Notes under the pieces: generated by a model | What the model saw: the letters and a program-made list of their open reading frames with translations, nothing else | Databases searched by the model: none | What the model was told of the DNA's origin: nothing | Translations under genes and position numbers: made by a program | Shown: one piece after another, positions 24,747 through 33,620 of the stretch | Numbering within the stretch: position 1 is the stretch's first letter | How the letters are laid out: the number at the start of each line of letters is the position of its first letter | From: Alphaproteobacteria bacterium | Lineage (GTDB): Bacteria; Pseudomonadota; Alphaproteobacteria; Bin95 | Direction: 5' to 3' | DNA: 51,178 bases | NCBI GenBank assembly: GCA_022824105.1 | Contig: JAJEAZ010000291.1 | Location: forward strand, 1 to 51,178

Positions 24747-24839
24747 GGCTGCGGTCTCCCGTGATTGCGAGCGGTCCCGGCGCGCGGCGGCGCCGGAACG
24801 GCTTCGGGGTGGATGGGATGGCGGCGGGCCGGCGGCCGG

Positions 24840-26582
24840 TCAGGCGCCGAGGGTCACGGTCACGTCGGGCCGGCGGATGTGGATGTCGACGGCGCGGTCG
24901 CCGGGCACGAACCACATCAGCTCGCGCCGCACCGCCTCGGTGATGGACTGCCGGCAGGCCTCGTCGTCGGATAGCAGCAGACGGGTTGCCAGGTGCAGCG
25001 CGTCCTCGTCGAAGCGGTCGCGCTGGGTCTCCCAGCTGTCCGCCTCGATGTCGTCCGACGGCGAGAAGAACCCGGCGCGGAGCAGCGCGGCCAGCTCGTG
25101 CGGCTGGAGCGCGCTGTCTTGCGCGACCAGCGGCAGGGCGTCGTCGATGTGGGACCAGGCCTCGCCGGCGAACGCCATGTCGGCCGGAATGTCGATCGTG
25201 CGGCAGCATCCGGCTGCGGGGCGGACCGTGAGTTGGATGCGGAGGGCAGCGGGCCTGGACGGCAGCCGCGCCGCTCCCGGGCGAGCCCGCTCCGGCCGGG
25301 GCCAGTCTTCGATCCAGATCCATTCGCCGTCCCCCGAGGCGAGGATGGAGACGGCCGTCGTCCGATCGAGCCCGTCATACCAGCCGTAACCTTCGAGCCG
25401 GCGGTCGGCCTCGAACAGGCGGGGCGCGAAACCGTCCCGTTCGGCGGCGCGCCAGAGCGCCTGGGCTTCCGGCGGTTCCGGGTCGCAGATCATGACCAGG
25501 GTGCCGTGGCCGGCCTCCGTCGGCCTGGCCGAGTCGCGCCAGTAGTCGGCCTCGGCCATGGAAGGCCGCCAGGGCCGCAGCAGAGCCGGCGGGGGCGCGA
25601 TGTCGATGCCCGCCTCGCGCGCCCGGCTCCAGTCCTCGAAGGCCGGACGCGGGTCGGGATCGGCCGCCATGGCGCGGTAGACCGCCAACCGCGCGGCGTC
25701 GCGCATTTCCTTGAGGAAGGCGTTCTCGACCGCCTCCTTGCGGGCCGGCAGGACCAGTTCGAGGTCCGGGCAGTCGTCCACATCCGCCAATACGCTCCAG
25801 GTCGCGCCGTGGACGGTCTCGACCGTGGGCAGGCCGGCGGTCAGGGTGAGGCCGAAGAAATTGAGGTCGGGGTCCCTGTAACCATTGTGGCGGCTCTTGA
25901 AGGCTCCGAAGACGAGACCCCGCCATGGCTCGGCATGGACCGCGCCGTGGAGGAAGGCCCGGCGCGGCAGTTCTTCCGGGCCGGCGGTGTCGTCTCGGGT
26001 GCGATCGTCAAAGATGACCGGCAGCGGGAAGTGCCGGGCTGCGTTCTCGGCCGCGTTGCGGATCGCGGGGGCGGCCTCGGTCGCCTCGAACGAAATCGAC
26101 GTCCCACAGGGATACGGCGCCTCATCGTCGGCATGAACCTCGGCATCGGTCTCGCCGAGAAAATGCTCGGGTTCCAGCTCGACGCGCCAGCCGGGCAATG
26201 TCTCCCCGTCCGGCAAACGCGGCTTGGACGAGACGGTGCAGTTGCGGCGCGCCAGGCTGGCGAAACCGAAGCCGGCGGCGTCCTCGCGCCGGACAAGGGC
26301 GTCGTCCCAGCCGTTCTCGCCGAAGCTCAGCAGCACGGCAGGATCGGCGATACCGGCGCCGTCGTCGGAAACGGTGACGGTGTATGCGGTTTCGCCGGTG
26401 TCCGAGGCGTCGTCAGCGGGACCGTCGGCAAGCGCGACAACCGCGATGTGGATACGCGTGGCGCCGGCGCGGCGGCTGTTCTGCAAGGTTTCGGCGAAGA
26501 TGTCGGCCAGCGTGGCGGCATAGATGCGGGTGACCCGCTTCACGGCGGTTTCGTGTATGCGGGCGCGGATCGTCCGGGTCAT
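24840..26582 (-). CDS. GHKL-superfamily ATPase (HATPase_c-like)
   Basis: 580 aa. The N-terminus FAETLQNSRRAGATRIHI (E..N motif) and TVSDDGAGIADP (DxGxG) are typical of the Bergerat fold. RBS GGAGG. It lies immediately downstream of the ParB-like gene. Confidence 0.8.
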   Translation of the reverse strand: MTRTIRARIHETAVKRVTRIYAATLADIFAETLQNSRRAGATRIHIAVVALADGPADDASDTGETAYTVTVSDDGAGIADPAVLLSFGENGWDDALVRREDAAGFGFASLARRNCTVSSKPRLPDGETLPGWRVELEPEHFLGETDAEVHADDEAPYPCGTSISFEATEAAPAIRNAAENAARHFPLPVIFDDRTRDDTAGPEELPRRAFLHGAVHAEPWRGLVFGAFKSRHNGYRDPDLNFFGLTLTAGLPTVETVHGATWSVLADVDDCPDLELVLPARKEAVENAFLKEMRDAARLAVYRAMAADPDPRPAFEDWSRAREAGIDIAPPPALLRPWRPSMAEADYWRDSARPTEAGHGTLVMICDPEPPEAQALWRAAERDGFAPRLFEADRRLEGYGWYDGLDRTTAVSILASGDGEWIWIEDWPRPERARPGAARLPSRPAALRIQLTVRPAAGCCRTIDIPADMAFAGEAWSHIDDALPLVAQDSALQPHELAALLRAGFFSPSDDIEADSWETQRDRFDEDALHLATRLLLSDDEACRQSITEAVRRELMWFVPGDRAVDIHIRRPDVTVTLGA

Positions 26583-26693
26583 GGACGGACCTCCATGGAA
26601 TTGCGGAAACGGAAACGCCCCGCCCGCCTGCCCCGGCCCCCGAGGCGGAGGCGAGGGGTGCCGGGCGGGGCGTTCTGGCGAGGCCTAGGCCGT

Positions 26694-29243
26694 CTATTGG
26701 ACGCGGCGGAGAAACTCGGGGATCTCCAGCGGGTCAGGCGGCGCATCGTGGCCGTTGGCGGCGCCGACACCATGCACGATGACGCGCGGCCCGCCGTCGG
26801 CGGTGGGAACCGCATTCATCGCGTCGATGGCGTCGGCGATGGACGGCTCGGAGCGTCCATCCTCCGGCCCGTCGCCGTGGTTGGCGGTCTCCGGGTCGGT
26901 CCCGGTCCCGACCTCGTCCGGTTCGGGCGCGGATCCGACGGCGCCATTGCCGGTATCCGGTCCGTCGCCCTCCGACGGTTCCGGTTCCGGCGTAGCCTCC
27001 ACGGTCCCAGACCCGGCGGCCGGTTCCGTGAGTTCCGCTTCGGCGGGGTGGCCGTCTCCGTCGGCGCGGGCGGCGAGGGCCTTGGCCCGACGTGCCGTGA
27101 CGTCCGGCGACTCGATACTCTCGACAACCGAGGTCCTGCGCGGCGGATCAGCCGGATTGTCCACGGTCTTGGCCGTGTCAGCGGCCGGTTCCGGCGCTTC
27201 CGCACCGTCGCCCATGCGCCCGGTGTCGAAGGCAGCGAAACCGGGCGGCGTCCAGGCCAGCGCCGCCGCGTGCATGCCGGCGCTCAGGCTCACCGGCCTG
27301 TCTCCCGCCGCGAAGGCGGCCTCCATCGCCTCGGCCAGCACCGGCTTCCGGCTCTTCGCGCGGGCCGACGCCCAGGCGATGCCGAACACCGTGCGGGCGA
27401 CGTCGAGGATGCGCGCCTTGGCGATGCGCGACCACAACATCGCCGCCGTCGGACGGACATGCTGCGCGAAGTCGATGTCGAGCCGGGCGACGGTGGCTTC
27501 GAGCTCGGGACGGGCCTGGGGCTCGAAGGCGAGCTGGGGGTTCACCGTGCGCGCCACACAGGCCGCGAACAGCGCGTGCTTCTCGGACTGCGGCAGCGCC
27601 CGCAGCGCCGTGAAAGACTCGCCGTCGTTCTCGATCTCCAGCCAATCCATGGACAGGCCGGAGCGGTCCTCAAGCATCGCCTCGCCCGGCGACCAGTCCG
27701 CGAAGTCCTCGTCGTTCATCCGCGTCGTCGGCCGGTCGGCGGTCTCGCGCACCGCGATGTCGAGCGCGTGCGGCGTATATCCATGGGTGAACACCGAGCG
27801 CCCCATCTGGAACACCACGAGGTCGAAGGCGGCGTCGAAGTCCCCGGCGAGATACGCCTTGATGAGCGCGGTCCGGATATGCCGCAGATCGTCGGCAAGG
27901 CCGATGCCGACGCCGGCCTCCTTGCGCGCCTCCGCCTCGCGGTCGGGCGGCGGCGCCATCGGCGTGGAAACCGACGTACGGGCGGTGTGGACGCCATGAG
28001 TGGCGGCATTAGGGCCGTTGCCGGCTTCCGATCCCGCCTCGCTTGTCTCTTCCGGCTTCGGCATGTCCTCGGGCTTCACCAGCCCCTGGATGACCTGCAT
28101 CGCGCCGTCATGACCGACGGTGACGATGCAGCCCGCCATGGCGAGGTCCTCGCGGCGGAACACCGCGCGGGCCTCGACGGCGCCCTCGATCTCGTCGAGG
28201 CGGGTCTCGATGGCCTGGGCTTCCGAGATCAGCTCTTCCGTCCACTGCTCGTCGTCGAGCTCGGCGAGTTCGGCCTGCCGGGCTTCCAGCTTCGCAATCT
28301 CCGCCTGCTCCTCGTCGGTCGGCGTGCCGGGCTGCGGCTCAATGCGCCCATAGCGGGCGGTGTCGTCCCACGAGACCTCCGCCATGGCCGTGGCCCACTT
28401 CCAGCGGGTCGCCAGCTCGTCGGCAGCCGCCTGAAGCTTCTCCGTCGCCAGTTTCGCCAGCAGCACCGGGTCCTCGAACCAGACGCCGCTCTCGTCGTCC
28501 CGAGCGAACAGGTCGCGCATGACCGCGCCGCCCGCGGCTTCATAGGCCTCGACGCCGACGAAGCGGGCGATCGCGGTGCCGCCCGGCACCCGCTCCTCGG
28601 TCAGCAGGCGCTTCACCTGCCAGGCGGACGGGCGGTAGTTCTGGGCCGCGACCTGCTCCCAGACCGCCATCTGACGCTCCCGGTCGGCGGTGACGGCGAA
28701 GGCCTTCAGCACCTCGAGGTCGATCTCGCCGGCCCGGTAGGCGTCCAGCAGCTCCGGCGCGGCGTTGCCGAGGCGCAGGCGCTGCTCGACGATGCGTTCG
28801 GAGGCCCCGAACCGCGCCGCGATCGCAGAGACCGACTGCCCGGCGTCGGCCAGCTTCGTGAACGCGACCACTTGGTCGGCGGGGTGCATCGGCACGCGGA
28901 TGACGTTCTCGGCCAGCGAAAGCTCGGCCGGCTCGGCGTCGGCCTTGACCAGGCAGGGTACCGGGTGGTCGGCGTCGAACACCTTGTCCTCGACCAGCGC
29001 CTGCATGGCCTTCAGGCGGCGCCCGCCGGCGACCACTGCGAAACGCTCGGCGTCGTTCTCGCCGGGCTGATCGGCGCGGACGACGAGGTTCTCCAGCAGG
29101 CCGAGGGCGGCGATCGAGGCCTTGAGTTCGGCGTCGGCCCGAGGATCGGGCGGGGTCTTGCGGACGTTCTTGGGGGCGAGCGCGAGCCGGCTCAGCGGGA
29201 TCTCCCGAATGAGCGGTTCGGCCCTGGGGGCGATGAAGTTCAT
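26694..29243 (-). CDS. ParB/Spo0J-family N-terminal-domain protein with a long C-terminal extension
   Basis: 849 aa from MNFIAPRAEPLIREIPLSRLALAPKNVRK. It contains ..LLENLVVR..RFAVVAGGRRL (ParB box) and an HTH ..SVSAIAARFGASERIVEQRLRL. The C-terminal tail is Pro/Glu/Gly-rich. Confidence 0.9.
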   Translation of the reverse strand: MNFIAPRAEPLIREIPLSRLALAPKNVRKTPPDPRADAELKASIAALGLLENLVVRADQPGENDAERFAVVAGGRRLKAMQALVEDKVFDADHPVPCLVKADAEPAELSLAENVIRVPMHPADQVVAFTKLADAGQSVSAIAARFGASERIVEQRLRLGNAAPELLDAYRAGEIDLEVLKAFAVTADRERQMAVWEQVAAQNYRPSAWQVKRLLTEERVPGGTAIARFVGVEAYEAAGGAVMRDLFARDDESGVWFEDPVLLAKLATEKLQAAADELATRWKWATAMAEVSWDDTARYGRIEPQPGTPTDEEQAEIAKLEARQAELAELDDEQWTEELISEAQAIETRLDEIEGAVEARAVFRREDLAMAGCIVTVGHDGAMQVIQGLVKPEDMPKPEETSEAGSEAGNGPNAATHGVHTARTSVSTPMAPPPDREAEARKEAGVGIGLADDLRHIRTALIKAYLAGDFDAAFDLVVFQMGRSVFTHGYTPHALDIAVRETADRPTTRMNDEDFADWSPGEAMLEDRSGLSMDWLEIENDGESFTALRALPQSEKHALFAACVARTVNPQLAFEPQARPELEATVARLDIDFAQHVRPTAAMLWSRIAKARILDVARTVFGIAWASARAKSRKPVLAEAMEAAFAAGDRPVSLSAGMHAAALAWTPPGFAAFDTGRMGDGAEAPEPAADTAKTVDNPADPPRRTSVVESIESPDVTARRAKALAARADGDGHPAEAELTEPAAGSGTVEATPEPEPSEGDGPDTGNGAVGSAPEPDEVGTGTDPETANHGDGPEDGRSEPSIADAIDAMNAVPTADGGPRVIVHGVGAANGHDAPPDPLEIPEFLRRVQ

Positions 29244-29410
29244 GCCAGTCTCCACGGATGGTTGCTTGCAGGCGGCGCGGGACCCTCCGGACCCCGCTTC
29301 GCGCAACCGCCGCATCGCTCCCCACGACCTCTGGGCGACGCCCATGCGCGGACGGTGGACAGCGACGGGTCCGGGAGCGGTGCAGGAGCCGGCCGGCGCG
29401 CGGCGGAAGG

Positions 29411-30073
29411 TCATCCGTTCCGAACCGGCAACAGGCTGTCGGGATACGGCCGCAGCACCAGGCGCCAGCCGTCCGCAGAGGGCTCAATCTCGATGCCCGG
29501 CAGGGCCGAGAGATCGTGGCGTGCGAGGGCGGCAAGCGCGTCCGCCCGGTCGCGATGGACCGGGATCGCCGCATCGAGCCGGTCTGCCACCGCGAGCCAC
29601 CAGTCCACGATCTCGCTTACGCGGACCGGGGTATGGGCCGGTCTGCCGAACGCCATGGCCCCGTCGCCGGCGAACATCCGCTCGCCGTGGCGGCAGCCCC
29701 AGATCTCCGGATGGCGCTCCGCCCAGCCCTTCAGCGCGGGCGCGTTCATGAACCCCAGATCGCGTGCCAGCGCATGGCCGCCCTCGAAATACATCACCGG
29801 CGTCGTCGACCCGTCGGGCCGGGTGGCCATTAGGCTCTCACCGGCATCGTCCAGCGGGAAGTCGGCATCGCGCCGCCAGCTCACCGCCACGCTGTCCATG
29901 AGGCGGCCGAGCGCATACCAGCCGCCATGGCAGGCGATCGTGCGGCAGCCGTCGCGGCGCACGATGCCCCAGTCCATGGGGGCCACACAGTCGCCGCCCT
30001 GGGCGTCGACGGCGCGCCGGATGCGCGCCATGGCGAGGCGGACGGCTTCGGGCGAGGGATGGACGGTCTGCAT
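29411..30073 (-). CDS. Hypothetical protein (220 aa)
   Basis: ATG 30073 is preceded by GAGGAGAA. Translation: ..CRTIACHGGWYALGRLMDSVAVSWRRDADFPLDD..YFEGGHALARDLGFMNAPALKGWAERHPEIWG.. Confidence 0.7.
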   Translation of the reverse strand: MQTVHPSPEAVRLAMARIRRAVDAQGGDCVAPMDWGIVRRDGCRTIACHGGWYALGRLMDSVAVSWRRDADFPLDDAGESLMATRPDGSTTPVMYFEGGHALARDLGFMNAPALKGWAERHPEIWGCRHGERMFAGDGAMAFGRPAHTPVRVSEIVDWWLAVADRLDAAIPVHRDRADALAALARHDLSALPGIEIEPSADGWRLVLRPYPDSLLPVRNG

Positions 30074-30114
30074 GGCGATTCTCCTCGGACGGTGCGGTCA
30101 GGGTCGGGAAAGGG

Positions 30115-30504
30115 TCATCGGCGGCGCGGCCCGCCGTCCGCGATGCGGGTCCAGGCAAGACGGAAGGCGTCGAACCAGCCGAGCCGGCGCGGGTCCGGCC
30201 AGCGCCGGTGAATGGACACCGGCTCGGGCCGCGTGTGGTGGTAGTAGCCACAGGCCGCGATGTCGTTCTCGTGCAGCTCGTCCATGGCATCGACGACGGC
30301 ACCGCCCAGCTCTCCGTCGACATAGCAGGAGAACAGGCAGAAATTGTCGTAGCGCCCGCTCTTCAGCGCGTCGAAGGCGCGACGGTGCTCTTCGGTGATG
30401 TTGGTGGCTATGGCGGCGGTCTCCCCGGCGGTAGCGCGGAGGACCGCCTCCCGGCCCTCCGGATCGCCCGGGAAAGGCCGCCCGCCACCTCCGGCCGCCG
30501 CATC
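30115..30504 (-). pseudogene. Coding-looking frame with no ATG/GTG/TTG start (absent from the ORF track)
   Basis: Manual translation gives ..DAAAGGGGRPFPGDPEGREAVLRATAGETAAIATNITEEHRRAFDALKSGRYDNFCLFSCYVDGELGGAVVDAMDELHENDIAACGYYHHTRPEPVSIHRRWPDPRRLGWFDAFRLAWTRIADGGPRRR, with the stop at the complement of 30115-30117. Codons are strongly GC3-biased. The upstream in-frame stop is reached without any canonical start. Confidence 0.45.
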
Positions 30505-30778
30505 GCGCGTCGGCGGCGGGAGACCGTTGCGGTGTCGTGAATCGGGTTGTGACCATCCGGGAGCGCACGGTCGCTGTCCAGAGGCGGCGGGGACGGCCAG
30601 GTCGCCGGAAACCTTCCCCGACCTGCTGGCCGGTCGGGGAAGCGGAATTCGCGCGGCGGACGATGCGATTCACGCCCGGCCCGGCGTTGCGCACGGCGGG
30701 GCGGCCGGGCTAGACAGGTCGGGAGACCCGGGGAGTTCGGAACAGAACACCCGGCGTCGCGAAATCCGGGAGATCGAG

Positions 30779-31210
30779 ATGGTCAGCGAAACAATGGCGC
30801 GGCGGGGCACCGCCAGCATGGCGAAGATGATGGGCCTGATGTGCGTCGCGGACTCGAAGCTGGGAAAACTGACGGAAGGCGAGTCGCCGGTCACCAGGAC
30901 GGGGGACTATTCGGATGTCGTGGTCGTGGACGCCGATGGACGGATCATTCCATGGCAGCGCGCGGCCCGCATGGACGCCGCCGAGATGGACCGGACGATG
31001 CGCGAAATCGTGGACAAGCTGTACACATTTCTCTGGAACTTCGAGGAACCGGAGCTTGCGGCGCTACGGGATCATCGGCGAGGCGAGACCTCGGAATGGG
31101 CCAGGCCCACGGAAGATGCCGGGCTGAAGAAGCAGATCGAGGTGCTGGCAAGCGGCATCGTCGAGAGCGAACGGAAGCCGGGAGCGATCGACGGGGCGGC
31201 AAGGGACTGA
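30779..31210 (+). CDS. Hypothetical protein (143 aa)
   Basis: ATG 30779 follows GGGAGA. Translation: ..MAKMMGLMCVADSKLGKLTEGESPVTRTGDYSDVVVVDADGRIIPWQRAARMDAAEMDRTMREIVDKLYTFLWNF.. Confidence 0.55.
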   Translation: MVSETMARRGTASMAKMMGLMCVADSKLGKLTEGESPVTRTGDYSDVVVVDADGRIIPWQRAARMDAAEMDRTMREIVDKLYTFLWNFEEPELAALRDHRRGETSEWARPTEDAGLKKQIEVLASGIVESERKPGAIDGAARD

Positions 31211-31559
31211 CCGAGGCGTCGTGCGGACCCTTCAGGCGTCAATATCCGATAACTGGTGGAGACGCGGCGGGTGGAGGGATTGAATATGGATGGCTTGGGT
31301 GCGATGAGGAAGAGGTCGGTTGGGGCGCATTTTTGAGGGGGCACTCAAACGGGGTCATAGGATTGACGGCCGAGTATGGGCGCGAGTTCTGGCAAGATGG
31401 CCGATAACACGGAAATTGCATTGGGCCTGTCGGGGCAAGGATCGTAAACGGCGAGACGGCGATGCGGGACTCTTCCTGGAAAGCCCATAGGGGGCGAGCG
31501 GTTGTCCTCAATTCACTTGTGGTTGGCAGATTGCGGTCGTCCCCGAGTGTTGCGGACTG

Positions 31560-33620
31560 ATGATCGTACCGATTTTTCCGCCCCTGGATGGAGAATCCGC
31601 GGAGCGGTTCCATGCGTTTGCCACGAAACTTGCCTGCGCCCAGCGCATGCGCAACGCGAGGGATATGGGTAGCGCATTGGAAGAAGAGATAGCTTGGTGC
31701 CGATCGGCGAGGTGTGGCGAAGAGTATGCGTTGGCCTATGAAGCGTGTGTCCGGGTTCTCACCGACCTCGCGCGGCTCGGCTGGCGTATCGTCGAACAAG
31801 GCTACGGGTTTGCACTGGAGAAAGGCAAGGAACGGGCGGGCAGACGACCGACAGAAGAGATCGTGGCCAGCAAGGAGATGCTGCGCGGTGCGCTGCAGCC
31901 CGTCGTCGATGAACAAAAGCGGCATCCCGCCGTAGTCGACTTCATCACCCGGATGGAAGGAGAAGACCGTTATGGGCGACGCAGCGTGCGGTTGCTCATG
32001 GCGGACGGAGCCGAGCTGGCGGCGAGACTGGCGCCGGCATGTGCGCTGGAGGGTGAAGAACGGGTGGCGGCGCTGGACGACGCCATCAAGCCCTATCTTC
32101 AGGAGGCGGACAGGAGCGTGGATCCGGCCACGGGACGCCGACTTCGGGAGATCTGGCGCTATTTCCGGTACAGCTGGTCGATCCCCCAGGTGACCACGCC
32201 GGGACGGCAGCTGCTTTACCTCGTGAGGGACGGGGCGCATCCGGCGCACCCGGTCATCGGCATCGCCGCGCTCAACAATTGTCCTCTCGAAATGGGGGAG
32301 CCGCGCGAGCGGTACATCGGCTGGCACATTGTGGTGATCGTCGAACGCTTCATCGATGCGGCGGCGAGGGGCAAGGCGGCGCTGGAAGAGGAAGTCGAAT
32401 GGCTCGAACGCCAGATCGAGACGTCGCTCGCGGAAATCGACTGGACCAACCTCGTGACGGCGGCGGAAGTCGCTGCTCCCGAGGATGCGGTGATCCGCCG
32501 GCTCGCGCGGCGCGGGCAGGAATTCTCGAAGTTGCGGGAGACTCTGCTGAGGGAGGTTGCCGGGTCCTCTCGGGATCGGTTCGAGGCCGATCTCTGGGAC
32601 GATGAAACGGCGCCCCCGGTGGATGACGACATTCTGCGGCTGGAGGCGAAGGCGTCGGTCGACGCGCGCATGCACACTGCCCGCAAGCAGCTCGTGGCGA
32701 GGAAGCGGGCTTCCGCATTGTCGCGTCTATTGTCGGCCCGGCTCGCCATCGCCGAGCACCGGGACGAACTCACCGATCCCGAACGCGCCTCTGCGGCGCT
32801 TGGCAAGGACAAGGTAAGAGGTGCGGTAAACATCGTGCTGGAGGCGCTGAAGGGGCGACGGGCCGGTGCCAACCTGCTTGAAATCACGACCTGCGGCGCG
32901 ATCGCGCCCTACAATCGAATTCTTGGCGGCAAGCTGGTTGCGCTGCTGATGCTGAGCCCGCAGATAGGCGTCGACTATCGGCGCCGTTATTCGGGTCCGT
33001 CGATCATCTCGTCGCAGATGAAGAATCGACCGGTGATCCGCGATAACGCGCTGGTCTATCTCGGCACGACCAGCCTCTACGTCCACGGGTCCAGCCAGTA
33101 CAATCGGTTGCGTCTACCGGCCGGGACGATCGCGCCGGACCAGGAAAAGATCAGCTATGACGCGATCGGTCAGACCTCGGGCTTTGGAACGATACAGTTT
33201 TCGCCCGACACGAGCCGCGCGATCGACGCCTTCCTCGCCCGCGAACACGATTTCAGGGAGGTCAACAGTGTCTTCGGGGAAGGAACGAGTCCGAAGCTTC
33301 GCAAGGTGAAGATGGGACTGCGCAGGCTGGGATTCGATCCCGACAAATTGATCCAGCATCGTCATCACCGCCTGATCTACGGCGCCCCGCTCTTTCCGAC
33401 GGCGCGGGAGTGGCTGCAGGAACGCGTTGAGGAGCTGCCGGGCTATGTCGCGGCGCCGGACGCCTATGCGGACGCTACGGAACGCATTGCCGCCTTCTGG
33501 CGTCGGCGCTGGCTCGCAAGCCGGGTCCGTCACGGGCCCAGCATGGCTGCTCTGCCGCGCGACGGTTTCGTACCCCTGGGGGAGGCGGGAGAACAGATGG
33601 TCGGAGAAGCCGGGCCATGA
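31560..33620 (+). CDS. DUF4338-like (DruA-like) protein, 686 aa
   Basis: WRYFRYSWSIPQVTTPGRQLLYLVRDGAHPAHPVIGIAALNNCPLEMGEPRERYIGW and LLEITTCGAIAPYNRILGGKLVALLML resemble the DUF4338 core. The stop overlaps the next ATG (ATGA). Confidence 0.7.
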   Translation: MIVPIFPPLDGESAERFHAFATKLACAQRMRNARDMGSALEEEIAWCRSARCGEEYALAYEACVRVLTDLARLGWRIVEQGYGFALEKGKERAGRRPTEEIVASKEMLRGALQPVVDEQKRHPAVVDFITRMEGEDRYGRRSVRLLMADGAELAARLAPACALEGEERVAALDDAIKPYLQEADRSVDPATGRRLREIWRYFRYSWSIPQVTTPGRQLLYLVRDGAHPAHPVIGIAALNNCPLEMGEPRERYIGWHIVVIVERFIDAAARGKAALEEEVEWLERQIETSLAEIDWTNLVTAAEVAAPEDAVIRRLARRGQEFSKLRETLLREVAGSSRDRFEADLWDDETAPPVDDDILRLEAKASVDARMHTARKQLVARKRASALSRLLSARLAIAEHRDELTDPERASAALGKDKVRGAVNIVLEALKGRRAGANLLEITTCGAIAPYNRILGGKLVALLMLSPQIGVDYRRRYSGPSIISSQMKNRPVIRDNALVYLGTTSLYVHGSSQYNRLRLPAGTIAPDQEKISYDAIGQTSGFGTIQFSPDTSRAIDAFLAREHDFREVNSVFGEGTSPKLRKVKMGLRRLGFDPDKLIQHRHHRLIYGAPLFPTAREWLQERVEELPGYVAAPDAYADATERIAAFWRRRWLASRVRHGPSMAALPRDGFVPLGEAGEQMVGEAGP

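Noticed and set aside
24993-30398. 1801-aa plus-strand ORF, the longest in the track
   Set aside because: It runs antisense to the GHKL ATPase, ParB-like and two further minus-strand genes that carry clear motifs. Its translation is Arg/Gly/Ala/Pro-rich with no motifs. This is a typical high-GC shadow ORF.
30098-30694. 198-aa minus-strand ORF, and 29838..30323
   Set aside because: Their composition is Arg/Pro/Gly shadow sequence. The third minus frame over the same DNA is the protein-like one (see feature 30115..30504).
31239-32675. 478-aa minus-strand ORF, with similar minus-strand ORFs at 33530..35287, 35175..35996, 38293..39015, 39231..40382 and 40681..41913
   Set aside because: They are antisense to the tightly coupled DUF4338/Dpt-like operon. 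Their translations are Arg/Pro-rich with no motifs.
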